A stretch of 64,000 nt of DNA from Gemmatimonadales bacterium (GTDB lineage Bacteria; Gemmatimonadota; Gemmatimonadetes; Gemmatimonadales; GWC2-71-9), in assembly GCA_036741715.1 (NCBI GenBank), contig DAINRR010000001.1, positions 3,501-67,500 on the forward strand, given 5' to 3'. The translations under genes were made by a program, and so were the position numbers. The notes below the pieces were generated by a model. The model worked only from the letters and a program-made list of their open reading frames with translations. It was not told the origin of the DNA and made no database searches. Below are positions 1 through 8,068 of this stretch, in pieces (position 1 is the first letter of the stretch; each line of letters begins with the position of its first letter).

Positions 1-1716
1 CTCTCCTACGCCGACCTGCTCGAGCGCGTGCAATCGCTGAGCCTCGGCCTGGCCGAGGTCGGTGTGCGTCCCGGCGACCGCGTCGGCATCCTCTCGGAGA
101 ACCGGCCCGAATGGGCCGTCGCCGACTACGCGTGCCTCGCCGGCCGCTGCGCCGACGTGCCCGTCTATCCGACGCTTCCCTCCCGGCAGATCGAGTACAT
201 CCTGCGCGACTCGGGCGCGGCCGCCCTCTTCGTCTCCACGCGCGAGCAGCTCTCGAAGGTGCTCGAAATCCGCGGGAATCTGCCGTCGCTCCAGCACGTC
301 ATCGTCTTCGACGAGGGACTCAGCGGCAACGGCGTGCTCGACATGGAGTCGGTGTACGCGCGCGGGCGCGCCGTGGCCGAGCGGGCGCCCGCCTGGCGCG
401 AGGCAGCGCTCCTCGCCGAGCCCGACGACCTGGCCACACTCATCTACACGTCGGGCACGACCGGCGACCCGAAAGGCGTGATGCTCACGCACGGGAACAT
501 CACGAGCAACGTGGTGGCCGGCCTCGAAGTGCTGCCGCTCAGCCACGGCGACGAATGCCTCTCGTTCCTTCCCCTCTCCCACATCTTCGAGCGGATGGCG
601 GGGCACTACTGCATGATGCAGTCCGGCACGCTGATCAACTACGCGTCGAGCATCGAGGCCGTCCCCGCCGAGATGCAGGAGCGGCGGCCGACGGTGGTGC
701 TCTCGGTGCCGCGCCTGTTCGAGAAGATCTACTCGCGCGTCCTCGAGAACGCTCTCAGCGGCTCGGCGGTCAAGAAGAACATCTTCTTCTGGGCCAAGCG
801 CATCGGGGAGCGCTGGGTCGAGTACCACCTCTCCGGCCGTGCGGTTCCCCGCGGCCTCGCGCTCCAGTACGCGCTCGCGCAGCGGCTCGTCTTCTCCAAG
901 CTTCAGCAGCGCGTCGGAGGCCGGCTCCGCTTCTTCGTGTCGGGCGGCGCGCCCCTCTCGGCGGAGATCGCGCGGTTCTTCTTCGCGGCGGGGCTTCCGA
1001 TCCTCGAGGGATACGGGCTCACGGAGACGTCACCGGTCATCACGGTCAACAAGTTCGGGCGGATGCGCCTTGGCACGGTCGGACCGGCGGTCTCGGGGGT
1101 CGAGGTGCGCATCGCCGAGGATGGCGAGATCCTGACGCGCGGCCCACACGTGATGAAGGGCTACTACCGGAAGCCCGAGGCGACGGCCGAGGTGATCGAT
1201 GACGAGGGATGGTTCCACACCGGCGACATCGGCGAGCTCGACTCCGACGGCTTCCTCCGCATCACCGACCGGAAGAAGGACATCATCGTGACCGCCGGTG
1301 GGAAGAACATCGCCCCGCAGCCGATCGAGAATCTCGCGAAGACGAGCAAGTTCGTCGCGAACGCGGTGATGATCGGCGACAAGCGACGCTTCCCGTCGAT
1401 GCTCGTGGTGCCCAACTTCGAGAAGCTCACGGCGTGGGCGGAGCACAAGAACCTGGTCTTCACCGACGAGGCGTCGCTCGCGGCACTGCCGCAGGCGCAG
1501 GAGAAGATGGAGCGCGAAGTCCGGAAGACCCTGCGCGACCTGGCGCACTTCGAGATGCCGAAGAAGATCCTCCTCCTCCCCCGCGATTTCAGCATCGAAT
1601 CCGGGGAGCTCACCCCGAAGCTGAGCGTCCGTCGCCGCGCCGTGGAGAAGAACTACCACCGGCAGATCGAGGCGCTCTACGCGGACAGCGAGGAGACGAT
1701 GCAGCAGGCGGGATGA
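1..1716 (+). CDS. Long-chain fatty-acid--CoA ligase (AMP-forming), 5' end cut by window edge
   Basis: The frame is open from nt 1 (LSYADLLERV precedes tracked ORF 28..1716). AMP-binding signatures are IYTSGTTGDPKGV, EGYGLTETS and TGDIGELDSDGFLRITDRKKD. Stop is at 1714-1716. Confidence 0.9.
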   Translation, partial: LSYADLLERVQSLSLGLAEVGVRPGDRVGILSENRPEWAVADYACLAGRCADVPVYPTLPSRQIEYILRDSGAAALFVSTREQLSKVLEIRGNLPSLQHVIVFDEGLSGNGVLDMESVYARGRAVAERAPAWREAALLAEPDDLATLIYTSGTTGDPKGVMLTHGNITSNVVAGLEVLPLSHGDECLSFLPLSHIFERMAGHYCMMQSGTLINYASSIEAVPAEMQERRPTVVLSVPRLFEKIYSRVLENALSGSAVKKNIFFWAKRIGERWVEYHLSGRAVPRGLALQYALAQRLVFSKLQQRVGGRLRFFVSGGAPLSAEIARFFFAAGLPILEGYGLTETSPVITVNKFGRMRLGTVGPAVSGVEVRIAEDGEILTRGPHVMKGYYRKPEATAEVIDDEGWFHTGDIGELDSDGFLRITDRKKDIIVTAGGKNIAPQPIENLAKTSKFVANAVMIGDKRRFPSMLVVPNFEKLTAWAEHKNLVFTDEASLAALPQAQEKMEREVRKTLRDLAHFEMPKKILLLPRDFSIESGELTPKLSVRRRAVEKNYHRQIEALYADSEETMQQAG

Positions 1717-1792
1717 CCGGCTGTGATTCCCGACACGACGCATCACGGCCCGACGCGGCGAGATTGGCGGACAACTCTACCGTGAGGCGGGT

Positions 1793-1879
1793 GTGGGTAT
1801 CGAGATCATACTGGGGGTGCTGATTGGAGTGGGCGCGGCGATCTGGTTCCTGGCCCGGCGCGCGAAGCCCCGGCTCTAG
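1793..1879 (+). CDS. Possible 28-aa single-pass membrane peptide (below ORF-track cutoff)
   Basis: GTG at 1793 is preceded by GAGG (1784-1787). It translates to (M/V)GIEIILGVLIGVGAAIWFLARRAKPRL*, one hydrophobic helix plus a basic tail. It uses A/T-containing Ile/Phe/Trp codons, unusual for GC-noise ORFs. The stop shares a CTAG with the convergent M23 gene stop. Confidence 0.25.
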   Translation: MGIEIILGVLIGVGAAIWFLARRAKPRL

Positions 1880-3207
1880 TTCCCGCGTACGGCGCGGCGT
1901 TCGATCCAGCCGCGGGTGCCGTCAGCGAGTCGCACGAGGTCATAGGTCAGAAAGCGCCCGAGCACGTCCGCCCGGGCGCTTTCGCTCGTGGTGTCGACGA
2001 CGACCGCGAGGGAATCGGGCCGTTCGAGCACTGCCGCGCCGGACACCGCGGTGGCCAGCCGCTCCGCGGGCTCGAGCCGGGATGTCCGGATGAAGCCGGA
2101 CACCCCGTCCGGCAGCTCCACCCGGGTCCACGCTCCCGTCGCCGCGACCGCGCGCATCACGGTGCCTGCATCGAGCGTCCGTCCGCCTGCGGCGCCCGGC
2201 GCCGGGGCGAGATCGGCGCGGGCCGAAAGTCGCATCCAGCCGCCCAGCGCTTCAGGGACGGCCACCGGCGGGCCGGCGGTGGAATCGGGAGCGACGAGAT
2301 ACGGTACCGGGTCCACCGCACCGCGGCCGCGGGCATAGATCCCAAAATGAAGGTGCGGCGGCGTGGTGCGCGCGTTTCCCGTGTTGCCGACGCGTCCGAG
2401 GGTATCGCCTGCCGACACGATGGTCCCTTCGCGGACGAGCTGGGTGTCGAGATGCGCGTAGTAGTGGCCCTCACCGCGCTCGCGGTCCCGCACCATCACT
2501 ACGTTGCCGCCGAGCTCGTTCGTCCCTACCCAGGTGGCCAGGCCGCCCGCGGCCGCGACGACCGGCGTGCCACGCGGCGCGAAGATGTCCACGCCTTCGT
2601 GCCGGCGCCGGCCCGCATCGCGGTCCGCTCCGAACCGGCTCCGGATCGCACCCGGATCGTGGCCGCTCACGGGAAATCCCAGTGTGGGCTCGAGCGTCAC
2701 CGCCACTTCGTATCGCCCACCGCTCAGCAGCTCCGGCTGCAGGACGAGCACCACGGCGCCGTCGGCGCGTACTTCGTGCCCGAGCTCCGCCATGCCACTG
2801 TCCGCGCTCGCGAGATGTTCGAACGTCGTCGAGCCTGCCTCGGGAACTTCGTATAGATCGGCAAAGAGCCGCGCGGCGCGGGCACCACGCAGCGTGAAGC
2901 GCACCACCAGCTCCTGCCCGCGGCGCACCGGGATGAGGTACCCGCGCGCATCGGCGCGATCCGGGCTGAGATATCCGGCTTCGTTGAACGGCGCCTGCAG
3001 CGTGAGCGCCGAGTCGCGCGCACGGAGCGCCGCAGCCTTCCATTCGCGGACCGCCGCCGAGCTGCCCAGGCCGGCGTCATCGAGCGATGCTTCGTACTGC
3101 TCGCGGGGCGTCGCGTTCTCGATGACATCGCGGATATCACCGAGACACGATCCGAGGAAGCCCGTGGCTGCGACCGCGGCGTATCGCGCGCAGCGAGCGA
3201 AAGTCAT
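1876..3207 (-). CDS. M23 family metallopeptidase with C-terminal SH3b-like repeats
   Basis: Tracked ORF of 443 aa. M23 motifs are HEGVDIFAPRGTPV and GNTGNARTTPPHLHFGIY. The C-terminal part has SH3b-like segments (WTRVELPDGVSGFIRTSRL; LADGTRGWIERRAV). The ATG overlaps the upstream stop (ATGA at 3204-3207). Confidence 0.88.
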   Translation of the reverse strand: MTFARCARYAAVAATGFLGSCLGDIRDVIENATPREQYEASLDDAGLGSSAAVREWKAAALRARDSALTLQAPFNEAGYLSPDRADARGYLIPVRRGQELVVRFTLRGARAARLFADLYEVPEAGSTTFEHLASADSGMAELGHEVRADGAVVLVLQPELLSGGRYEVAVTLEPTLGFPVSGHDPGAIRSRFGADRDAGRRRHEGVDIFAPRGTPVVAAAGGLATWVGTNELGGNVVMVRDRERGEGHYYAHLDTQLVREGTIVSAGDTLGRVGNTGNARTTPPHLHFGIYARGRGAVDPVPYLVAPDSTAGPPVAVPEALGGWMRLSARADLAPAPGAAGGRTLDAGTVMRAVAATGAWTRVELPDGVSGFIRTSRLEPAERLATAVSGAAVLERPDSLAVVVDTTSESARADVLGRFLTYDLVRLADGTRGWIERRAVRGN

Positions 3208-3800
3208 CCGAGCCGGTTCCGCACCTTGGCACCGACCCAGCAGCCGCCCGCGGAGCCGAGCAGCTCGAGGTCCGGGGAAGCCGGGACCTCGCCTTCCCCG
3301 ACGATGCGCAGTCCGGAGAGCGTGATCCGCAGCGCCTCGGCCACCCAGTGCGGGTCGCTGCCGAAGCCCGGGCCGAGCAGTACGCCGCGCATCGAACTCG
3401 ACCGGAGGGGGAACGTGCCGCCGCGGAGTACGCTCAGCTCATGTCGATCCACGACACTTCCGGGCGGATTCACGGTGACGAGCCGGACGCCCGGGATGGC
3501 CCCCGAGAGCGCCTCGTGCCGCTCCGCCACGCCGCCGACGACGGCCAGATAGCCGCCGGGCCCGGTGAGACCGACGAGCGCGGCGGCCGCATCCCCGTCG
3601 AGCGCGGTCGAGGCGACCGACGGCGGCGCCCCGCCGACGTCGAGGACGCCGTCCTCGATCCGGAATTCGCGCCCGCATACCGGGCATCCGAGCATGCCCT
3701 CCCGCACGGATCGCTCTTCGATCCGTCCCGGAAGGAGCACCAGGTACCGTTCGGGGTGGTCCGCGGGACAGCGGAGGTGGTCCGCCAGTTCGATGAACAT
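3204..3800 (-). CDS. Trm112-like zinc-ribbon protein with an uncharacterised (methyltransferase-like?) C-terminal domain
   Basis: An internal ATG at 3800 gives MFIELADHLRCP...LGCPVCGREFRIEDGVLDV, a Trm112/UPF0434-type ribbon, 198 aa in total. The rest of tracked ORF 3204..5156 is Arg/Pro-rich and overlaps the well-supported 3824..5413 gene. Confidence 0.7.
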   Translation of the reverse strand: MFIELADHLRCPADHPERYLVLLPGRIEERSVREGMLGCPVCGREFRIEDGVLDVGGAPPSVASTALDGDAAAALVGLTGPGGYLAVVGGVAERHEALSGAIPGVRLVTVNPPGSVVDRHELSVLRGGTFPLRSSSMRGVLLGPGFGSDPHWVAEALRITLSGLRIVGEGEVPASPDLELLGSAGGCWVGAKVRNRLG

Positions 3801-3823
3801 CGAGAAGCCGGAGGTCGCGGGAG

Positions 3824-5413
3824 CTAGCGGAACACGACCCAGGTCAGCCGCCCGGCATCGACGCGCACGCGTCGCCAGATCCGGCGTCCGTCGATCATGG
3901 TGCCGACGACGTAATCCCCTGGCGGCACGCTGCCGACGGCGAAATGCTCCTGATAGAGCGGATGCGGATGCGCGCGGTCGCGGTACGTCTCGGCGAACGA
4001 GAACGGCGTTTCGCGCGGCTCGCTCTTGCGGAGCCCGTACACGCGCGCCCCCGGCACCGGCTTCCCGGCCGAATCCCACACCTGCCCCGCGACGATTCCC
4101 ATGCCGCGCGCCGGCTCGATCCAGAGCTCGGGATTGGTGCTGTACCGCGGGAAGCGCTGCAGCGAGTCTACGATCAGGTGCACCGAGTCGGTCGGCGACG
4201 CGTGCACCTCGAGATGCAAGTGGTCGTTCGTCGCGCGCCCGGTGTGGCCCACGCGCGCGATCAGCGCGCCCGCCTCGACGCGATCGCCTACGTCGACCGC
4301 GAGCTCGTTGTTGTGATAATAGACAGAGTGGAGGAACCGCCGGCTCTCCGCCGTCGTGAGCATCGTATCGTGCCGGATCGCGACGGTGAGTGCGCCGCGC
4401 TCGGCCGGCCCGGCATAGACGACGGTACCGCTGCCGATCGCGCGCACGGGCGTGCCGTCCGGGTTGTTGAACTCGATCCCCTGATGCTGCTGAAAGTTCC
4501 CGCCCATGGTGGAGCCGTAGCGGTACGTCTGGTCGATGAGGGGATTGTCGCGCTCGTCGATGGGGCGCCGGAACCACGTCGTGCGCGGCGCGGCCGGGGC
4601 GGTGGCGCGGGGCGCGCCGCGTGCGGCGGCGGGCGTGCAGCTCCAGCTGGACTGGGCCGGGTGCAGGCCGCAGCGGCTCATGACGTAGGAGCGCCGGCGC
4701 AGGAAGACGAGGCCGGGCTCCCCCTCGCGAATGGTTTCCGGAGTCGCGCGCCAGCGGCCCCCGGCGGCGTGAAGCGCGACGCCGCCGTGCAGCGTGCGCA
4801 CCATCGTCCGGCCCCGAGTCCCCTTCGCCATCCCGAGCACGTACTCGCTCGGCAGGAGGACGAGCGCAGTGTCGGCCGGCCCCTTCGCAGCGGGGCCGAT
4901 GCTGTCGATCAACGCCGTCCACGTGGCCCCGTTGTCGGTCGTGACCTGTATGCCGTCCGCCGTGGCCACCATCGTCGTGTCGCCGCTCGCCACGATGCCG
5001 TCGGGAGTCACGTACTGCCACTCGGGCCCGAGCTGATCGAACGTCCAGTTCTTCCAGGTGCGCCCGCCGTCGGTGGAGAGACCCCACCCGTTCCCGACGG
5101 TGCCATACCAGATTTCGCCGCCGGGCCCGAACGCGAAGGCGTGGACGAAGTCCCACGAGATCGAGGTCCCCGTCGTATCACTCCGGATTTGCCGCCAGCG
5201 CGTCGAGTCCGGGGCGAGGTAGAAGATCCCTTCGCCGTACGTCCCGACCCACACGCCGCCGTCGCGATCCTGGCGCGCCGCGAGCACGTGCACGCCCCAT
5301 CCGGTCGAATCAGGCAGCGCCGGCAGCCGCGGCGGAGCCTGGCGCGCCTGAGCAGCGAGGGTGACCGGAATCAGGCAGAGCATCATGCCCTGTATGGCAG
5401 TTCGCAATCTCAT
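3824..5413 (-). CDS. Secreted multidomain M23 peptidase (BNR/sortilin-type beta-propeller repeats + M23 domain + carboxypeptidase-regulatory-like C-terminus)
   Basis: Signal peptide is MRLRTAIQGMMLCLIPVTLAAQA. BNR-like repeats are LSTDGGRTW and VTTDNGATW. M23 core is HQGIEFNNPDGTPV...GHTGRATNDHLHLEVH. The C-terminus (IVAGQVWDSAGKPVPGARVY...PGDYVV) resembles a CarboxypepD_reg fold. Confidence 0.85.
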   Translation of the reverse strand: MRLRTAIQGMMLCLIPVTLAAQARQAPPRLPALPDSTGWGVHVLAARQDRDGGVWVGTYGEGIFYLAPDSTRWRQIRSDTTGTSISWDFVHAFAFGPGGEIWYGTVGNGWGLSTDGGRTWKNWTFDQLGPEWQYVTPDGIVASGDTTMVATADGIQVTTDNGATWTALIDSIGPAAKGPADTALVLLPSEYVLGMAKGTRGRTMVRTLHGGVALHAAGGRWRATPETIREGEPGLVFLRRRSYVMSRCGLHPAQSSWSCTPAAARGAPRATAPAAPRTTWFRRPIDERDNPLIDQTYRYGSTMGGNFQQHQGIEFNNPDGTPVRAIGSGTVVYAGPAERGALTVAIRHDTMLTTAESRRFLHSVYYHNNELAVDVGDRVEAGALIARVGHTGRATNDHLHLEVHASPTDSVHLIVDSLQRFPRYSTNPELWIEPARGMGIVAGQVWDSAGKPVPGARVYGLRKSEPRETPFSFAETYRDRAHPHPLYQEHFAVGSVPPGDYVVGTMIDGRRIWRRVRVDAGRLTWVVFR

Positions 5414-5435
5414 ACGTGCTCTGTATTCATCATTT

Positions 5436-5586
5436 TGAACCGCAGAGGCGCAGAGACCGCAGAGGGTCCGGCGGCCTCACGAACACCGGTAACAGGCTAT
5501 TCCGGTAACAGGCCATTCAATGTTGTAGCAGACTTGCGAAGCGCGGATGCGCCAGACCTCTGCGTTCTCTGCGTCTCTGCGGTTCA
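5436..5586. repeat. Octamer-built inverted-repeat element, unit CGCAGAGN
   Basis: The 30-nt arms are 5436-5465 (tgaaccgcagaggcgcagagaccgcagagg) and 5557-5586 (its reverse complement with 2 mismatches). They flank a 91-nt spacer that holds a 12-nt direct repeat ccggtaacaggc (5486-5497 and 5502-5513). The element lies between the folE stop (5605) and the start of the 3824..5413 gene (5413). Confidence 0.85.
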
Positions 5587-5604
5587 ATCAACCGATCGAC
5601 GATC

Positions 5605-6243
5605 TCAATACGTGTTTCCGCCGTGCGCGAGGCGGAGGAACTCGTCGCGGGTCTTCGGGTCGTCGCGGAAGACGCCGCGGAGGGCGCTGGTGACGGTGCG
5701 CGAGTTCTGCTTCTCGACGCCGCGCATCATCATGCAGAAGTGCGCCGCCTCGATCACCACGCCCACGCCCTGCGGCTGGAGGATCTCCATCACCGCATCC
5801 GCCACCTGGTCGGTGAGTCGCTCCTGCACCTGCAGCCGCCGGGCGAAGACCTCGACGATGCGCGGCAGCTTCGAGAGCCCCACGATCTTCCCGTCCGGAA
5901 TGTAGGCGACGTGCGCGCGCCCGAAGAAGGGCAGCATGTGGTGCTCGCACATCGAGTACAGTTCGATGTCCCGCACCATGATCATGCTCTGATGCGACTC
6001 CTCGAAGACCGCATCGCCGACGGCGTCCGCCGCGGAGAGGCCGTAGCCGCGCGTGAGCCACCGGAGCGAGGCCTCGACGCGCGCGGGAGTGCGCCGCAGT
6101 CCCTCACGGTCGGGGTCCTCACCGATCTCCTCGAGCAGCGTGCGGATCTCCCGGCCGAGACTGAGTCCTGTCGCGGCCTCCGGCACGTCGGGGAGCGCCT
6201 TGTCGGCCGTCACGATCGGCCGCTCATTCCGCGTAGTCGACAT
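5605..6243 (-). CDS. folE: GTP cyclohydrolase I
   Basis: An internal ATG at 6243 ([11 protein letters not shown]...) gives 212 aa. FolE core motifs are [45 protein letters not shown] and CMMMRGV. The upstream part of tracked ORF 5605..6453 overlaps queD. Confidence 0.92.
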   Translation of the reverse strand: MSTTRNERPIVTADKALPDVPEAATGLSLGREIRTLLEEIGEDPDREGLRRTPARVEASLRWLTRGYGLSAADAVGDAVFEESHQSMIMVRDIELYSMCEHHMLPFFGRAHVAYIPDGKIVGLSKLPRIVEVFARRLQVQERLTDQVADAVMEILQPQGVGVVIEAAHFCMMMRGVEKQNSRTVTSALRGVFRDDPKTRDEFLRLAHGGNTY

Positions 6244-6634
6244 AGTTCCTCGGTGTCTCCCAGAGACGGATGTGCAGCGAGAGCCCGGCGGGAAGCGCCG
6301 GCGCGAGCTCCCGCCAGCAGACCATCGCGATGTGCTCCGCGGTCGGGACGAGGTCGCGGAACCAGGGAACGTCCACGTTGAGGTTGCGGTGATCGAGCTT
6401 CTGCAGCAGCCGCTCCTCGACGAGCTCGTTGAGCCGGCCCAGGTCCATGACATAGCCCGACGCGGGATCGATCTCGCCGGCCACGGTCACGTCGAGCTCG
6501 TAGTTGTGACCATGGTAGTTCGGGTTGTTGCAGACGCCGAACGTGCTCCGGTTCCACTCGTCGGAGCGGCCCGGGTTGTGAAGTCGGTGCGCGGCGTTGA
6601 AATGCACGCGCCGCGTCACGGCGCATCGCGGCAT
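6224..6634 (-). CDS. queD: 6-carboxy-5,6,7,8-tetrahydropterin synthase / 6-pyruvoyl-tetrahydropterin synthase family
   Basis: An internal ATG at 6634 ([21 protein letters not shown]...[11 protein letters not shown]...DHRNLN) gives 136 aa. These are typical PTPS/QueD His and Cys motifs. The gene overlaps the folE start by 20 nt. Confidence 0.88.
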   Translation of the reverse strand: MPRCAVTRRVHFNAAHRLHNPGRSDEWNRSTFGVCNNPNYHGHNYELDVTVAGEIDPASGYVMDLGRLNELVEERLLQKLDHRNLNVDVPWFRDLVPTAEHIAMVCWRELAPALPAGLSLHIRLWETPRNYVDYAE

Positions 6635-6966
6635 GCGAAACCCCGAGTGAAGACCAGTGGAAGATGCCCCGAGCGGGGCCGGAAATGAAGGCGGACGAGC
6701 GTTCAGGCGGTCCCGGGAAAGACAAAGCGCGCAAGCCATGAAGCCTGCGCGCAACCGGACGGCGACGGAGAGGATTACTGAAGCCCAATGAGAAAGCTTG
6801 GAACCCTCGCCACAACGTCTGCCTTCCCCCGAGGGGCATGGCATCGGCCGCAGTATCTGGGCCCACCATCGGACTTATCGGCTCAGTAACGTGGCTCCCC
6901 GTCGTCGCCCGGAGGGTATAAACTAGGAGGCGGAACCCGTTCCGTCAACCGATTTCGGGAGACTCG

Positions 6967-7113
6967 ATGCACTCGGCGCTGCTCGTGGCACTCGTCTCGT
7001 TCGTTGCGTGGATCGTCTTCGGATTCGTGATGCCCGTGGGCATCGGCGCCGTCCACCTGCTCTTCGCCGTGGCGGCCACCTTTCTCGTGCGGTGGTGGGC
7101 CCTCACACGGTGA
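6967..7113 (+). CDS. Small two-helix membrane protein (48 aa; lmo0937/DUF5670-like by resemblance)
   Basis: ATG at 6967 is preceded by GGGAGA. It translates to MHSALLVALVSFVAWIVFGFVMPVGIGAVHLLFAVAATFLVRWWALTR*, below the ORF-track cutoff. The two hydrophobic segments are strongly non-random for this GC background. Confidence 0.5.
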   Translation: MHSALLVALVSFVAWIVFGFVMPVGIGAVHLLFAVAATFLVRWWALTR

Positions 7114-7120
7114 AGCGCCG

Positions 7121-8068
7121 CTAGATCTCCCAGTTCGACATCACCACGCCCTCGGTTCGGGGCTCCGGGCGGTCGCGGAGCGTCATCCTGAGGTCGGTCC
7201 AGTGTACGCGGAAGCCGTGGCCGATGAGCTCGAGGTATGCGTCGGCGTAGGCCGCCTGGCAGCGAATCGACACACGGCGCACCCGCTCCTGCTCCGCGAC
7301 ACCCTGCACCAGCTCCAGCAGTTCGCCGAAGGCTTCCAGATCCCGCGCGACGACCTTGAGGATGCGCAGCTCGTCGCGCGGCCGGCCGGCTGCGAGGGCC
7401 GCGGAGTGCCAGAGCAGGAACCCCGCCAGCGCGCCCTTCCGCCGCACGAGCGCCGTATCACCGAGCGCGAGCTCGTGAGTCAGCGCGAGCTCGCGCGTGA
7501 AGTCCACCCCGGGCACGAGCGACTCCGTGAGCGCGCGGCATTCCCGGATCCCTGCATCGACGTTCCCGGCGGAAAGCCGCTCGACCGGCAGTTCGGGCGC
7601 GTTCGACAGGTCGCGCACGAGCGTGATGGTCAGGTGTCCCGGCACGAAGCCCAGCCGGCTGTAGAAGCCGATGTTCTCCACCGTCCGCGGCATCGTCTCG
7701 AGCCCGATGGTCGTCGCGCCCTGCCGCTCGAGCCAGTCGATACCGGCACGCACCATGGCCGTACCGAGTCCCTCGCTCTGGAGATCGGGGCGCACGGCGA
7801 TCGGCCCCATCCAGCCTTCGGTGCCCGAGCGGTGCACCATGTTGAACCCGGCGATGCCGCCGCCGGCATCGCGCCAGACCATGGCGCCGTCGCCCGCATC
7901 CTCGATCGCGTAGCGCCAGACGAGCGGATTGAGATGCGGCACGCGCACGCCACTGAGTCCGTCGCGCGTGTAGCGGTCCGTGAACGCCTCGGAAAACACG
8001 CGGTTGAGCGCGTCGACGTCGCGGAGCGTCGGCCGTTCCGGCCCGCGGATCCCGCGCTCAGGCCGCAA
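7121..8068 (-). CDS. GNAT family N-acetyltransferase (two-domain)
   Basis: Tracked ORF of 315 aa with a TTG start at 8068. The acetyl-CoA binding-type segment is IAVRPDLQSEGLGTAMVRAGIDWLERQGATTIGLET...NIGFYSRLGF. The start overlaps the sbcC stop by 11 nt. Confidence 0.8.
   Translation of the reverse strand: MRPERGIRGPERPTLRDVDALNRVFSEAFTDRYTRDGLSGVRVPHLNPLVWRYAIEDAGDGAMVWRDAGGGIAGFNMVHRSGTEGWMGPIAVRPDLQSEGLGTAMVRAGIDWLERQGATTIGLETMPRTVENIGFYSRLGFVPGHLTITLVRDLSNAPELPVERLSAGNVDAGIRECRALTESLVPGVDFTRELALTHELALGDTALVRRKGALAGFLLWHSAALAAGRPRDELRILKVVARDLEAFGELLELVQGVAEQERVRRVSIRCQAAYADAYLELIGHGFRVHWTDLRMTLRDRPEPRTEGVVMSNWEI

Noticed and set aside
3801-5156. N-terminal extension of tracked ORF 3204..5156 (650 aa), and similar extensions of 8058..11078, 5605..6453, 6224..6844, 35623..36861, 59398..62808, 52121..53269 and 53306..54268.
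   Set aside because: In each case the family-typical N-terminus begins at an internal ATG or GTG, often with a GGAG-type SD or a 1-4 nt overlap with the upstream stop. The extension is low-complexity and overlaps the neighbouring real gene.
5436-5586. The element could be a MITE or IS remnant, given its 30-bp terminal inverted repeats and about 150-bp length.
   Set aside because: There is no convincing target-site duplication (flanks cattt / atcaa). No transposase is present in the window. The other two elements share architecture but not TIR sequence, which a single MITE family would not. A genome-wide copy count could still revive this.
5575-5592. The tRNA-like string ggttcaatc resembles a T-arm GGTTCRAATCC.
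   Set aside because: It is part of the right arm of inverted-repeat element 1. No acceptor, D or anticodon stems can be drawn around it. I recognised no tRNA or rRNA anywhere in the window.
6640-6900. Possible ZTP (pfl) riboswitch upstream of queD-folE. The minus strand contains ACCGCCTG (plus-strand 6704-6710 region), reminiscent of the CCGCCUGGGC pseudoknot segment, and an ACTGCGG about 150 nt upstream, reminiscent of ACUGGCG.
   Set aside because: Both segments deviate from the consensus at conserved positions (GAAC instead of GGGC; GCGG instead of GGCG). I could not draw the P1/P2/P3 helices. A covariance-model scan would be needed, and an Infernal hit to RF01750 would reverse this rejection.
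6871-6900. GGACTTATCGGCTCAG on the plus strand resembles the GGCTTATCGG near the 3' end of bacterial RNase P RNA.
   Set aside because: The universally conserved GAGGAAAGTCCGGGC (CR-I) and AGGGTGAAA/GGTAAGAGCGCACC-type segments are absent from the upstream 350 nt on that strand.
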